64,000 nucleotides of DNA. Origin: an uncultured Acidimicrobiaceae bacterium. Its GTDB lineage: Bacteria > Actinomycetota > Acidimicrobiia > Acidimicrobiales > Bog-793. Each line of letters opens with the position of its first letter. Position 1 is the first letter of the stretch. Under the pieces are notes generated by a model that saw only the letters and a list, made by a program, of their open reading frames with translations, had not been told where the DNA came from and did no database searches. The stretch spans positions 75,507-139,506 of the forward strand of contig CAVSHA010000002.1 of assembly GCA_963727645.1 (NCBI GenBank). Direction: 5' to 3'. Shown piece after piece: positions 19,905 through 30,390 of this stretch. The position numbers were made by a program, and so were the translations under genes.

Positions 19905-21581
19905 TCAGGCGGCAGGACCGGTGGTGAGCCGAACGGTCGCGCTGTGCCGGTTGCCCGCGGCGTCGGTCCAATCCACTTTCACACGGTCGCCGGGGTGGTG
20001 CCGCTGCATCAGGGTCGTGAGCGCTGGTGCGGAGCCGACCGCGTGGCCGCCGAGCGAGGTTATGACGTCGCCCGCGGCCATTCCCGCCGATGCAGCCGGC
20101 GCGCTCGGCAGCACGCTTTCGATCACCGCTCCGGAAGGGGAAGACCCAAACTGGCTGGAAGACACCTGGACGCCGAGGAAAGCCGTCGGACCGATGTGCA
20201 CACTCTCCGAGGCTTGACCGGACTCGATCTTCTTCGCGATCGCCATCGCGGAGTTGACAGGGATGGCGAAACCTTCGGTACCTGTCGTCTGGAAAGAGAA
20301 CCCCACGGACGCCGCCGTGTCCATCCCGACAACCTTCCCTGCAGCGTTGACCAGCGGCCCGCCCGAGTCACCGGCGTGGATGTCTGCGTTCACTTCCATG
20401 AGGCCGTTCAGGTTCTCAGGGTTGCCTCCGTCCTGTTCAGTGGCCGTGATGGACCGGTTGAGAGCCGTCACCGAACCGCTGGCCACACTGGGTGTTCCGC
20501 CGGCACCGCCTGCATTTCCGATGGCCACGATCGCCTCGCCTGGACGAACCGTTGACGAGTCGCCGAGCGGCGCGACCTTCAGGCCGGACGCCCCGTTCAG
20601 CTTCAGCACCGCAATGTCGCTCGAGCGGTCATAGCCGACGACTGTGGCCATGTAGACCCGGCCGTTGCCCACGTCGGTCACTTTGATGCTCGTGGCGCCG
20701 TCGATCACGTGGTTGTTGGTGAGCACCTCACCGGAGGAAGTGAGGACGATCCCCGTGCCGGCCGCCTCCTCGCGGTAATAGCTGAGGGTGGTGTTGATAT
20801 CCACGACGCCAGGGTCGACCCGCGCGGCGATCGCCGACGGGTCCGAGGGCCCTCCGGGTGCCGTCGAGATCGAGCCCGACGATCCCGAGCCGAACGGCAA
20901 GGTTCCCGAGCCGAACGGCAAGGTTCCCGAGCCGAACGGCAAGGTTCCCGAGCCGAACGGCAAGGTTCCCGAGCCGAACGGCAAGGTTCCCGAGCCGAAC
21001 GGGAAGCCCGGGGAGGGCGAGCTCGCCGACGGCTGCGAGGTGGTTGTCGAACGCGATTGCCAGGCAACCCGACCGATGCCGAATCCTGCCGCCACGCCGA
21101 TCACGAGCAACGCCACGACAAACAAGGCAGTAGGAGCCTGAAACCTCTTCGGCTGCGGTGCCGGCGACACAGCCCAGTACGGCCCAGAGGAGCCGGCCCA
21201 TTGCGCCCCGCCACCCACTGCTCCCGGTGGCCCGGGTGGAGGCGGTGGAGGCGCCCAGGTCCAGCCGCCGGCACCGGTGTAGGTGCTCCCGGGCGCGCCG
21301 GGAAACGGTGGGGCAGGCGGTGGAGGAGGTGGAGTCGCCCAGGTCCAGCCGCCGGCACCGGTGTAGGTGCTCCCGGGCGCGCCAGGAAACGGTGGGGCAG
21401 GCGGTGGAGGAGGTGGAGGAGGTGGAGGCGGTGGAGTCGCCCAGGTCGAGCCGCCGGCACCGGTGTAGGTGCTCCCGGGCGCGACCATGAAGTCGGGCGG
21501 TCCCGGTGTGACCGGCGCCACCGGTGCCGACCCTTCGACCGTTGCCCCAGTGGGTTCGTCGCTCTCGTGCTCGTCGTCCAT
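19905..21581 (-). CDS. Membrane-anchored HtrA-like (S1C) serine protease with PDZ domain (PepD/PepA-like)
   Basis: Catalytic triad TNNHV / DIAVL / GDSGG, one TM helix, C-terminal PDZ (AFLGV..GDVITSL). RBS GAGGAG. Confidence 0.92.
   Translation of the reverse strand: MDDEHESDEPTGATVEGSAPVAPVTPGPPDFMVAPGSTYTGAGGSTWATPPPPPPPPPPPPAPPFPGAPGSTYTGAGGWTWATPPPPPPAPPFPGAPGSTYTGAGGWTWAPPPPPPGPPGAVGGGAQWAGSSGPYWAVSPAPQPKRFQAPTALFVVALLVIGVAAGFGIGRVAWQSRSTTTSQPSASSPSPGFPFGSGTLPFGSGTLPFGSGTLPFGSGTLPFGSGTLPFGSGSSGSISTAPGGPSDPSAIAARVDPGVVDINTTLSYYREEAAGTGIVLTSSGEVLTNNHVIDGATSIKVTDVGNGRVYMATVVGYDRSSDIAVLKLNGASGLKVAPLGDSSTVRPGEAIVAIGNAGGAGGTPSVASGSVTALNRSITATEQDGGNPENLNGLMEVNADIHAGDSGGPLVNAAGKVVGMDTAASVGFSFQTTGTEGFAIPVNSAMAIAKKIESGQASESVHIGPTAFLGVQVSSSQFGSSPSGAVIESVLPSAPAASAGMAAGDVITSLGGHAVGSAPALTTLMQRHHPGDRVKVDWTDAAGNRHSATVRLTTGPAA
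20884..21002. repeat. 21-bp tandem repeat (CCCGAGCCGAACGGCAAGGTT), 5 full copies plus a partial; encodes (PFGSGTL)n
   Basis: Perfect copies read directly from the sequence, in frame within the protease gene. Confidence 0.97.
21238..21482. repeat. Three copies of a Pro-rich coding repeat APGSTYTGAGG(S/W)TWA-polyP
   Basis: Near-identical ~44-nt cores start at 21253, 21337 and 21439. Confidence 0.92.
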
Positions 21582-21646
21582 GGCCCTCTCCTCTTCAGGG
21601 ACGGTAGCGCGCATACAACTGCTCATATTCAGTACACCGGGCAGAC

Positions 21647-21685
21647 CTGAGTATTTCCTGAGTTGCGCCTAGGCACTCGCTGAGA
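21647..21685 (-). promoter_or_regulatory. MprA/OmpR-family-like phased direct-repeat box upstream of the HtrA-like gene
   Basis: On the minus strand TCTCAG...ACTCAG-N5-ACTCAG; half-sites at 21680, 21658 and 21647 (multiples of 11 bp). Confidence 0.55.
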
Positions 21686-21977
21686 AAGTCCGACGCCGGG
21701 AGTGCTCCGCCAAGACCGACCTGCTCGAACGCCGCGAGAGGCCGGGTACTGCTGGTTAGAGTGGTGCTCGTTGTGCCCGGGACCGCGGCGCGGCGTCGGC
21801 GCATTGTTCGTGGTAGCAAGCCCGCAAGCAAGGATCAGCCATGCCAAGCACGCCCAACGTGTTGGGAGCCACCGGTCCGGGACGGAGAACCGAAGCCACC
21901 GGCCTTCGTGACGAGGAAACAGGGAAACGGAGGTGTACCCCCCGGATCTCCCCTCGGCAAGGATCTTCCGACGCTCG

Positions 21978-23639
21978 ATGAGCACCTCGGTCTCCGGTCC
22001 TGAACCTGTCGGGACCTCACGACAGGAATCGGAAGGCCCGACCTCAAGCCTCGAGATGTCTCCAGGCTCAGCGACGCCGCCTCACCGGGACCGTCGGCTC
22101 ATTCTCGCCGTGCTGTGCGTGAGCCTGCTCATAGTCAGCCTCGACAACACGATCTTGAACGTGGCGCTGCCGGTCATCGTGCGCACCCTGCACGCCTCGT
22201 CGAGCTCGCTGCAGTGGATCGTCGACTCCTACGCGATCGTTTTCGCCGGACTCCTTCTCCTGGCCGGCAGTCTCGGCGACCGCCTCGGACGCAAGTGGGT
22301 CTTCATGGCGGGGCTGGTCATCTTCGCAGCCGGCTCGGCGGTGTCCGCCTTCTCGGGAACGGCTGATCGGCTGATCGCGGCACGGGCCTTCATGGGCATC
22401 GGGGGGGCAGCCATAATGCCCTCGACCCTGTCGATCCTTACCAGCACCTTCACCGAAGCCCGTGAGCGAGCCCGCGCCATCGGGATCTGGTCGGGCACGA
22501 CGGGGCTCGGCGTGGCCGTCGGCCCTGTGGCAGGCGGCTGGCTGCTTTCTCACTTCTGGTGGGGCTCGGTGTTCCTCGTCAATGTGCCCATCGCGCTGGT
22601 CGGGCTGTTCGCCACGGTCTGGTTCGTACCCAACTCGCGCAACTCCAATACCAAGCGTGCCGACCCGATCGGCGCGGGCCTGTCCATCGTTGGCATGGGA
22701 CTGTTGCTGTGGGGCATCATCGAAGCACCAAATCGCTCGTGGACCTCCCCTCTCATCCTCGGCGCCATCGTCGCCGCGATAGCGATTCTGGCCGTGTTCA
22801 CGATCTGGGAACGGCGCTCGTCCCACCCGATGCTCGAGGTCTCATTCTTCAAGTCGCGACGGTTCTCGGCCGCCGTGGGAACCATGGGGCTCATCATGTT
22901 CGCACTGATGGGCGGGCTCTTCCTGCTCACCCAGTACCTGCAGTTCTCCCTTGGATACACGGCCTTTGAGACCGGCTTGCGGATCGCACCGATCGCGGCC
23001 GTGCTGCTCGTCGTTGCTCCCCTGTCGAGCGTGCTGGACCACATAGTCGGGACAAAGCCTGTCGTCTTCGCAGGAATGGCCATAGTCGCCTTGGGCTTCG
23101 CGCTCTTGACCCGAGTTACGGTCCACGACACGTATATGGACGTGCTTCCCGCGTTCGTGCTGATCGGCCTCGGCACGGGCCTCGCCTTCGCGCCCAGCAC
23201 CGAGTCCGTGATGGGATCCCTGCCCGTCGACCAAGCCGGCGTGGGCGCGGCCACCAACGGCGCAGCCCTGCAGACCGGTGGCGCGCTCGGGGTCGGTGTC
23301 CTCGGCAGCCTGCTCAACACCCGCTACCAGAACCTGCTGGCGCCGGTGCTTGCCCACTACAAGATGCCGGCGTCGGTCCTGCACCTGATCACCGGCTCGC
23401 TCGGCGGTGCCCTCGCCGTCAGCGAGAAGATCGGGGGCGTGCTCGGCCCCGAGCTCGCCAGCTTTGCGCGACGGTCGTTCATCAGTGGCATGGACCTCGC
23501 CGTCAGCGTCGCTGCGATCGTGGTCGGGGCGGCAGGACTCGTCGTGCTTGCCGCGTTGCCGAACCGGAGCGCCCAAGTGCTCCAGGACCAGTCCCGGGAA
23601 ACTGCACCAGAGGCTCCCGCCCGATCGGGACAGAGCTGA
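21978..23639 (+). CDS. MFS drug:H+ antiporter, DHA2 (EmrB/QacA) family
   Basis: LDNTILNVALP, LQWIVDSY, GSLGDRLGRK, WGSVFLVNVP; about 14 TM segments. Confidence 0.93.
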   Translation: MSTSVSGPEPVGTSRQESEGPTSSLEMSPGSATPPHRDRRLILAVLCVSLLIVSLDNTILNVALPVIVRTLHASSSSLQWIVDSYAIVFAGLLLLAGSLGDRLGRKWVFMAGLVIFAAGSAVSAFSGTADRLIAARAFMGIGGAAIMPSTLSILTSTFTEARERARAIGIWSGTTGLGVAVGPVAGGWLLSHFWWGSVFLVNVPIALVGLFATVWFVPNSRNSNTKRADPIGAGLSIVGMGLLLWGIIEAPNRSWTSPLILGAIVAAIAILAVFTIWERRSSHPMLEVSFFKSRRFSAAVGTMGLIMFALMGGLFLLTQYLQFSLGYTAFETGLRIAPIAAVLLVVAPLSSVLDHIVGTKPVVFAGMAIVALGFALLTRVTVHDTYMDVLPAFVLIGLGTGLAFAPSTESVMGSLPVDQAGVGAATNGAALQTGGALGVGVLGSLLNTRYQNLLAPVLAHYKMPASVLHLITGSLGGALAVSEKIGGVLGPELASFARRSFISGMDLAVSVAAIVVGAAGLVVLAALPNRSAQVLQDQSRETAPEAPARSGQS

Positions 23640-23791
23640 GCCTCCAACACGGCAAGATCGATGGAGGCCGGTGAGGGCACCGCCAAGCTCGAGATCGACG
23701 ACCGGTCCTCGCCGGCCGAGGGGGGTCACCGGCTCACCTTGGACGGTGCCGCGGAAATCGTCGGCACCGACCGTGCCATTACCATCGCAGC

Positions 23792-24529
23792 ATGCCAGCT
23801 GATCTGCCGACGATCCTTGCGACCTCTGGAGGGATAAGAACAGGGTCCCGCACCAACTTCGAGTTCGCTCCGTTGATCTTCCATGCCATCGAGTTGGCCG
23901 GGGTGAACGGCGGGCGCCCACGGCTGTGCCACGTGGGAACGGCCGGTGGCGACCAGCGCTTCTGGAACGGATTGTGGGACGAGGCCGGGCAGGTGGCTGG
24001 GGTCGACGTGGTGAATCTGAACCTGTTCCCTATGCCGAGCGTCGAGGACGTGACAGGGTTCCTGCTCGACCAGGACGTGATATGGGTCGGAGGTGGCAGC
24101 GTGGCGAACCTGCTCGCGATCTGGCGGCTTCACGGTCTCGACCGCACACTTGCCGAAGTCTGGCAAGCGGGCGTCGTGCTCGCCGGCGTGTCCGCCGGCT
24201 CGCTTTGCTGGCACGTGGGCGGCACGACTGACTCCTTCGGGCCCGAGCTGCGCCCCGTGACCAACGGCCTCGGCCTCCTCCCCTACTCAAATGGAGTCCA
24301 CTACGACTCCGAAGCCCAGCGTCGCCCACTGTTCCAGCAGCTCATCGCCGACGGGGTGTTGCCCGACGGGTACGCCTCTGACGACGGCGTCGGCCTCCTC
24401 TACCGAGGAACCAGTTTCGTGGAGGCCGTGACCGAGATCAGAGGCAAAGGGGCCTACCTGGTCCGCCGAGAGGGTGACCGGGCCATAGAGGAGCGGATCG
24501 AGCCCAGGAGCTTGCCTGGAGCTGTCTGA
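23792..24529 (+). CDS. Peptidase E (S51) family protein
   Basis: GTAGGD, WVGGGSVANLL, GVSAGSLCW, VHYDSE. Confidence 0.88.
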   Translation: MPADLPTILATSGGIRTGSRTNFEFAPLIFHAIELAGVNGGRPRLCHVGTAGGDQRFWNGLWDEAGQVAGVDVVNLNLFPMPSVEDVTGFLLDQDVIWVGGGSVANLLAIWRLHGLDRTLAEVWQAGVVLAGVSAGSLCWHVGGTTDSFGPELRPVTNGLGLLPYSNGVHYDSEAQRRPLFQQLIADGVLPDGYASDDGVGLLYRGTSFVEAVTEIRGKGAYLVRREGDRAIEERIEPRSLPGAV

Positions 24530-24627
24530 GCCTCGGCTCGTCAGCTCGGAACCGGGATCCCTGCGGCGCATGAAGGCGGCTCGCCTCACGACCCGCCTGC
24601 GCTGACAGTCACAGCTAGCCTCCCCCT

Positions 24628-25197
24628 GTGACCAGCGAGCCGCAGGAGCCCAGGCTTCCCACTCGGGAAATCGTGCGGCCCCAAGGTCTTTGGCGATTCG
24701 TCATCACCCGCGTGCTGGCGGTAGCCGCACTGGGCTTCATCATGGCCATCGGGCTCAACCACTCGTCAAGGGTCGTTATCGCCGCGACAGTATTCCTCGC
24801 CTTCATGACCCTGATCGCTGTTGGACAGGTGCCGCTGCTCAAGCGGAGGTGGCGGCGGCTCGAGGACAACCGGCTCAGGAGCCTTGAGGGTGACGCCATC
24901 TATGCGGGGCCGGCGCGGGCCGAGAATCTGCCTGGGGCCGTCGGCCGCCGCCAAGTGGCAGGGGAGCTCGTGCTGGACCGCCGTGGCCTCTCCTTCGCAC
25001 CACGGCGCGCGACGGAAGGACCTCCTCTCCGCATCGCTTGGGGGGAGATGAGCCATATCCGGCTCGTGCCGATATCAAACGCCCCGGTGGCCGGCGCGCT
25101 CGAGCTGACCCTTTGCCGGGGTCCGGCTCAGAACTTCGTGGTACAGCGCTGCGAGTCTCTAGCCGACAAGCTGCAGAATCTTCCCGAACAGCTGTGA
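24628..25197 (+). CDS. Hypothetical two-TM protein with possible PH-like C-terminal domain
   Basis: Two hydrophobic helices, then GELVLDRRGLSF..IAWGEM. Confidence 0.55.
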   Translation: MTSEPQEPRLPTREIVRPQGLWRFVITRVLAVAALGFIMAIGLNHSSRVVIAATVFLAFMTLIAVGQVPLLKRRWRRLEDNRLRSLEGDAIYAGPARAENLPGAVGRRQVAGELVLDRRGLSFAPRRATEGPPLRIAWGEMSHIRLVPISNAPVAGALELTLCRGPAQNFVVQRCESLADKLQNLPEQL

Positions 25198-25347
25198 GCC
25201 GTGACGGCTCGCATTTGTCGCCTTTGATCTCGACCTGGCAATCCGGATATGACACACCCCACCCCTATTGGGGAAAGGCGTGCTCACAGGTTCCTGACCA
25301 GAGCCTTTCCCTGTCCAGGCGTGGGAACGGCACGTGGCAAACGGCAG

Positions 25348-26565
25348 CTATGAAGCCGCCTTCGGCGTTCTCTCGTCCATGCCCCACGGAGCGCCGCTGT
25401 CATTCAGCAGGTCCAGGAACGGCTCGGACTCGAGCGCCTCGGGACCGAGCAATCCGACGCCTGACCAGGCTCCCGAGTCGAGAAGCTCGAGCGCCACTAT
25501 CGGGTTGATGGCCGTCTGCCAGACAACTGCCTGCGAGTCGTCTACCGACATGCACCAGTCGTTGTCGACCGCGTGGTACAGGTAGACCTCCCGGGGGGAG
25601 CCGTCCTTGCCAATGCCCGTCGCCCAAGTTCCCGCGCAGGTGACCCCGTGCATGAGGTGGCCGATCAAGGCCGGGTCCGGCAGGCACGCCGCGACGACGT
25701 CCCGAGGCGAGACCTTCTCACCGCCCACCATCACCGGCGTCGTCGAGTCGAGCCCGAGCATGTGGAGCGTCTTGAGCACGCCGATGAAGTCGTCCCCCAG
25801 CCCGTACTTGAACGTGACCCGCTTCGCGTCGAGCCAACGCGGCATGAGGAGAACCTCCTCGTGCTCCACGTTCACGCACTCGACCGGTCCGATGCCGGCC
25901 GGGAAGAGGAAGGTCTCCGGCTCGCTGAACGGCTCGGTGGTGAACCACCCACGCCCTTTCTCCCAGATGACAGGAGGGTTCAGGCATTCCTCGATCGTCG
26001 TCCAGATCGAGAAGCTCGGGCAGAAGTCGTAGCCGTCGATGACGAGGTTGGCGCCGTCCCGCACGCCGAGCTCGTCGACGGAACTGAAGAGGTTGTCCAC
26101 CGCGTGTCGGGCGAACACGTCGGACAGCCCTGGCTCCACCCCCATGCCAGCGAGGGCCAGCAGCCCGCGCTCCTCCCATTTCGGGGCGAGCTCGAACTGC
26201 TCGTCCCCGAGCTTGACTCCTGTCTTGGAGTATGGCTCGTCGGCGTGTGGGTGAGAGAGCGACATGGCCATGTCCATGTAGTTGACGCCCGCTGCCAGAG
26301 CTGCGCGGTAGATCGGCATCACAAAACGGGGGTCAACGGCATTGAGGACCACGTCGCAGTTCTCGGTCCGGATCAGCTCGACGATCGCGGACTCGTCGGA
26401 AGCGTCGAGCTTGAAGCCCGAAAAGTCTTCGGAAACAGACGCTGCCTTCTGAGCGCGCTCCTTGTCATAGTCGGCCATGACGACACTCTCGAAGTTGCCG
26501 CGGCGCGCCGCTATATGGGCAAAGGCACTCCCGACTCCACCGGCTCCTACCACGAGAACTCTCAT
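25348..26565 (-). CDS. Saccharopine dehydrogenase family oxidoreductase
   Basis: VVGAGGVG, NAVDPRF, GMGVEPGLSDV, FSIWTTIEECLNP, VEHEEV. RBS AAAGGA. Confidence 0.9.
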   Translation of the reverse strand: MRVLVVGAGGVGSAFAHIAARRGNFESVVMADYDKERAQKAASVSEDFSGFKLDASDESAIVELIRTENCDVVLNAVDPRFVMPIYRAALAAGVNYMDMAMSLSHPHADEPYSKTGVKLGDEQFELAPKWEERGLLALAGMGVEPGLSDVFARHAVDNLFSSVDELGVRDGANLVIDGYDFCPSFSIWTTIEECLNPPVIWEKGRGWFTTEPFSEPETFLFPAGIGPVECVNVEHEEVLLMPRWLDAKRVTFKYGLGDDFIGVLKTLHMLGLDSTTPVMVGGEKVSPRDVVAACLPDPALIGHLMHGVTCAGTWATGIGKDGSPREVYLYHAVDNDWCMSVDDSQAVVWQTAINPIVALELLDSGAWSGVGLLGPEALESEPFLDLLNDSGAPWGMDERTPKAAS

Positions 26566-26676
26566 GAGAAGGTCCTTTCTCGGCATTTCGACCGAAGATC
26601 AAAGAGGCGTTACACGTTGAAATGCAACTTCAGACGGGCGTTTTTTCAGTTTAGAGGAAGCCCGCGTCTTCTCCAT

Positions 26677-26690
26677 GGGCCGAAAGTCCC
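26677..26690. promoter_or_regulatory. DosR/DevR-like palindromic box between the saccharopine-DH gene and gdhA
   Basis: GGGCCGAAAGTCCC, with a weaker site AGGACCAATGACGG at 26784. Confidence 0.55.
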
Positions 26691-26880
26691 TATTCAGACC
26701 CGGTTGCCGGTGACACAATTGTCAAAGACCCGTTCGCGATCAGGAAGGACGGCACTGGGTCAAGAGCGTCACGTCGGTGGTCTAGGACCAATGACGGAGG
26801 CGAGGAGCGCGGCAGATCGACATGGCCGGGCAAAAGACAAGCCAGATGTGCACAACGGAGTGCACAGGGAGGCAATTGAA

Positions 26881-28239
26881 GTGAGCAACAACGTCAAGAA
26901 CATCTTGAACGACCTCGCGGTGCGAAACGCCGGCGAGCCGGAGTTCCTACAGGCAGTGAGCGAGGTACTGACCTCGCTCGAGCCCGTTGTCGAGCGTTAC
27001 CCCAACTACCAGGAGATGAAGGTCCTCGAGCGGCTCGTCGAGCCGGAGCGGGTGATCATGTTCCGGGTGAGCTGGACCGACGACAACGGCGAGATCCAGG
27101 TCAACCGCGGCTACCGGGTCCAGATGAACAGCGCCATCGGGCCCTACAAGGGCGGACTCAGGTTCCACCCGTCGGTCTACCTCGGGCTGCTCAAGTTCCT
27201 CGCCTTCGAGCAGGTCATCAAGAACTCCCTCACCACCTTGCCCATGGGCGGCGCAAAGGGCGGGGCCGACTTCGACCCGAAGGGCAAGAGCGACGGAGAA
27301 GTGCGTCGTTTCTGCCAGGCCTTCATGACAGAGCTCTACCGCCACATCGGCCAGTTCACAGATGTGCCGGCCGGTGACATCGGCGTCGGTGGCCGGGAGA
27401 TCGGCTACCTGTTCGGGCAGTACAAGCGGATCGCCAACCAGTTCACCGGTGTGCTCACCGGCAAGGGCCTCAACTGGGGAGGCTCGGAGATCCGCCCGGA
27501 GGCCACCGGCTACGGTGCGGTCTACTTCGCCCAGGAAATGCTCGCCACGCGCGCGGAGAACTTCGAGGGCAAGAAGTGTCTCGTCTCCGGCAGCGGCAAC
27601 GTTGCTCAGTTCACCGTCGAGAAGCTCATCGAGCTGGGCGCCAAGGCCCTCACACTCTCGGACTCTGGCGGGTTCATCCATGACCCCGACGGCATCGACA
27701 CCGAGAAGCTCGCTTTCGTCATGGAGCTGAAGAACGTGAGGCGGGGACGGATCCGCGAGTACGCAGAGCGCTTCCCGACCGCGACCTTCACTCCGGTGAA
27801 GGACGAGGGCTTCAACCCACTGTGGGCGGTCCCGGCGGACTGTGCCTTCCCGAGCGCGACCCAGAACGAGATCAACGGCACGGACGCACGCAACCTCGTG
27901 GCCAACGGGGTCAAGCTCGTCGCCGAGGGAGCGAACATGCCGACCACGCCCGAAGGCGTCGACCGCTTCCTCGAGGCCAAGCTCCTCTATGGACCGGGCA
28001 AGGCTGCCAATGCGGGCGGCGTGGCGGTCTCCGGCCTGGAGATGACCCAGGACATCGAGCACCTCTCTTGGACCAGAGATCAGGTTGACAACAAGCTCAA
28101 GCAGATCATGCGTGCGATCCACACCAACGTGCGTGCCGCGGCCGAGGAGTACGGCAGGCCGGGCGACTACGTCTTGGGCGCCAACATCGCAGGCTTCGTC
28201 AAGGTGGCAGACGCCATGGTGGACGAGAGCACGGTCTGA
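26881..28239 (+). CDS. gdhA: NADP-specific glutamate dehydrogenase
   Basis: GPYKGGLRFHPSV, PMGGAKGG, DVPAGDIG, RPEATGYG, SGSGNV, EGANMP. GGGAGG RBS before the GTG at 26881. Confidence 0.96.
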   Translation: MSNNVKNILNDLAVRNAGEPEFLQAVSEVLTSLEPVVERYPNYQEMKVLERLVEPERVIMFRVSWTDDNGEIQVNRGYRVQMNSAIGPYKGGLRFHPSVYLGLLKFLAFEQVIKNSLTTLPMGGAKGGADFDPKGKSDGEVRRFCQAFMTELYRHIGQFTDVPAGDIGVGGREIGYLFGQYKRIANQFTGVLTGKGLNWGGSEIRPEATGYGAVYFAQEMLATRAENFEGKKCLVSGSGNVAQFTVEKLIELGAKALTLSDSGGFIHDPDGIDTEKLAFVMELKNVRRGRIREYAERFPTATFTPVKDEGFNPLWAVPADCAFPSATQNEINGTDARNLVANGVKLVAEGANMPTTPEGVDRFLEAKLLYGPGKAANAGGVAVSGLEMTQDIEHLSWTRDQVDNKLKQIMRAIHTNVRAAAEEYGRPGDYVLGANIAGFVKVADAMVDESTV

Positions 28240-29876
28240 TGTCCACCGGCCCCGACTTGCTGCCAGCTGAAGAAGGGGTCGATAAAGGCTTGAAGTCGGG
28301 GGCAATTGGGCTCCTCTCGAGCGTGGTCATCGGGACCGCGTCCACTGCCCCCGCTTACAGCCTGGCGGCAACGCTTGGTCTCGTAGTCGCCGATGTCGGC
28401 TTCCATGCGCCATTCATCGCGATTGCCGCATTTGTGCCGATGCTGTTGATCTCGATCGGCTACAGCGAGCTGAACAAGGCGGACCCCGACTGCGGGACGA
28501 CCTTCACGTGGGCCACACGCGCCTTCGGTCCGAAGACCGGCTGGGCGGGTGGCTGGGGGATCATCGCCTCCGACGTGCTCGTCATGGCGAGCCTTGCCGA
28601 GGTGGCAGGGCAGTACGGCTTCCTGCTCTTCAACGCAAAGGGCATTGGGAACAACGCGACCAGCTTCTGGGTGCTCCTCGTGGGCGTCCTCTTCATCGTC
28701 GTCCTGACCTACGTCTGCTACCGGGGCATCGAGATCTCGGCGCGGGTCCAGCAGGTCCTGTTGGCGATCGAGCTCGTCATGTTGGCCGTCTACGCGCTCG
28801 TGGCGCTGATCAGGGTGGCAGTAGGCCACGCTCCCCCAGGCCACATGGTCCCGAGCATGTCGTGGTTCAACCCGACGACCGTTTCTCCAACAAAGCTCGT
28901 CGACGGGCTCGTCCTCATGCTGTTCATCTACTGGGGCTGGGACACCTCGCTTTCGGTGAACGAGGAGACGAGCGACAAGAAGCGGCTGCCCGGTTTGGCG
29001 GGGATCATCGCCACGGTGCTGCTACTTGCAACCTACGCACTCGTCACGATCGCGGCGCAGGCCTTCGCCGGTGTCGGCGCGACGGGCATAGGCCTGGCGA
29101 ACCCGGCGCACCTCACCGACGTACTGTCGGTACAGGGGACTGCCGTGTTCGGATCTGGCTGGATCGGCTCGCTCTTCGCGCACCTCTTGCTGCTCATGGT
29201 CCTTTCGTCGGCCGCCGCGTCCACTCAGACGACGATCCTGCCCACGGCCCGGACGGTCCTCTCCATGAGCGTGTACAAGGCGGTGCCCGACGCGTTCGGG
29301 ACCATACACAAGAAGTACCTGACTCCGGCTGTCGCGACCCTGGTCATGGGCGGCGTCTCGATCGTGATGTACTCGCTCATGAACTACCTCTCCGGTGGGT
29401 ACGTGATCGCGGACTCGGTCACGGCCATCGGCGTGTGGATCGCCTTCTACTACGGCCTCACGGGTTGGACATGCCTGTGGTACTACCGGAAGGTCCTCAC
29501 GCGAAGTGGGCGTGACCTCATGATGAAGGGGATCCTGCCAGGCCTTGGCGGACTGATCCTCTTCGCTGCAGGGGCCTGGAGCCTGGAACAGGACTGGTTC
29601 TTCTCGAGCAATCAGAGCTACACCTCCGTGCAGTTGCCGTTCGCCCCGCACTGGGACATCGGTGGGGTGTTCATGGTCGTCCTCATCAGTGCGTTGATCG
29701 GTCTTGTCTGCGCGGTGACCTGGCGCTTCGCAGGACCGGCCTTCTTCCAAGGCGAGACGCTCAACCGCTCGACACCGACGCTCGTGCCCGAGGGCGCAGT
29801 CTCGCCAGTTGCGCCCGTGAACGCAGAAGCCCGGGGCCGACACGGAGAGGATGGCTCAGACACAGGTTCGCTCTGA
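28239..29876 (+). CDS. APC-family amino acid/polyamine permease
   Basis: STAPAYSLA, DPDCGTTFTW, FIYWGWD..VNEE. TGATG overlap with gdhA. Confidence 0.92.
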   Translation: MSTGPDLLPAEEGVDKGLKSGAIGLLSSVVIGTASTAPAYSLAATLGLVVADVGFHAPFIAIAAFVPMLLISIGYSELNKADPDCGTTFTWATRAFGPKTGWAGGWGIIASDVLVMASLAEVAGQYGFLLFNAKGIGNNATSFWVLLVGVLFIVVLTYVCYRGIEISARVQQVLLAIELVMLAVYALVALIRVAVGHAPPGHMVPSMSWFNPTTVSPTKLVDGLVLMLFIYWGWDTSLSVNEETSDKKRLPGLAGIIATVLLLATYALVTIAAQAFAGVGATGIGLANPAHLTDVLSVQGTAVFGSGWIGSLFAHLLLLMVLSSAAASTQTTILPTARTVLSMSVYKAVPDAFGTIHKKYLTPAVATLVMGGVSIVMYSLMNYLSGGYVIADSVTAIGVWIAFYYGLTGWTCLWYYRKVLTRSGRDLMMKGILPGLGGLILFAAGAWSLEQDWFFSSNQSYTSVQLPFAPHWDIGGVFMVVLISALIGLVCAVTWRFAGPAFFQGETLNRSTPTLVPEGAVSPVAPVNAEARGRHGEDGSDTGSL

Positions 29877-30000
29877 GTACCGGCGCAGCGACGCTGAGTT
29901 TCGAGCTCGTTCACAGGTGACGTCTATCGGCCTCGAGCGATGGCAATTGTCGCGTCCGCCCGGGAGGGGCTTGCGAGCGACAAGGAAGAAGAGGTGAACC

Positions 30001-30360
30001 TTGCGTCATCTCTCTCCGGCGATGCTCGGTGGCATCGTCGCCGTCGCGTTGTTCCTGCCGACTGGTGGGGCTGCGGCGGCTCGCGACCTGACGACTGCAG
30101 CCTGCAGTGGCGCCCGAGGGCGAGACGCGCCCTGGCCACCCCCCACGGCTTACGCGGAGGGACCTTCGGCCCTGGGCGGATGGCGCCGCCAGGGCTACGG
30201 TGCATCCAGAGGTGGGCCATGTCGATGGTCATCTTCTGCGATGCGGCGGCGCAACGACCCAGGCGATCGCGGGGCCGACCGGGCGGCGAGACTCTGGGTG
30301 GTCGGACACCGCCTGGCTCTTCGGAGCGGCCCGCCGGGTGCCGAGACCATCGACGGCTAA
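30001..30360 (+). CDS. Possible short or degraded secreted protein
   Basis: GAGGTG RBS and a signal-like N-terminus; the remainder is unconvincing. Confidence 0.25.
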   Translation: MRHLSPAMLGGIVAVALFLPTGGAAAARDLTTAACSGARGRDAPWPPPTAYAEGPSALGGWRRQGYGASRGGPCRWSSSAMRRRNDPGDRGADRAARLWVVGHRLALRSGPPGAETIDG

Positions 30361-30390
30361 GGGGACGATTGCAGAAAGGAGAGCAGCGCC

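Noticed and set aside
20884-21002. Tandem repeats as a CRISPR array
   Set aside because: No spacers, in-frame coding repeats, no cas genes.
25573-26880. N-terminal extension making an 888-aa GdhA
   Set aside because: It is the antisense shadow of the saccharopine-DH gene. RBS and homology start at 26881.
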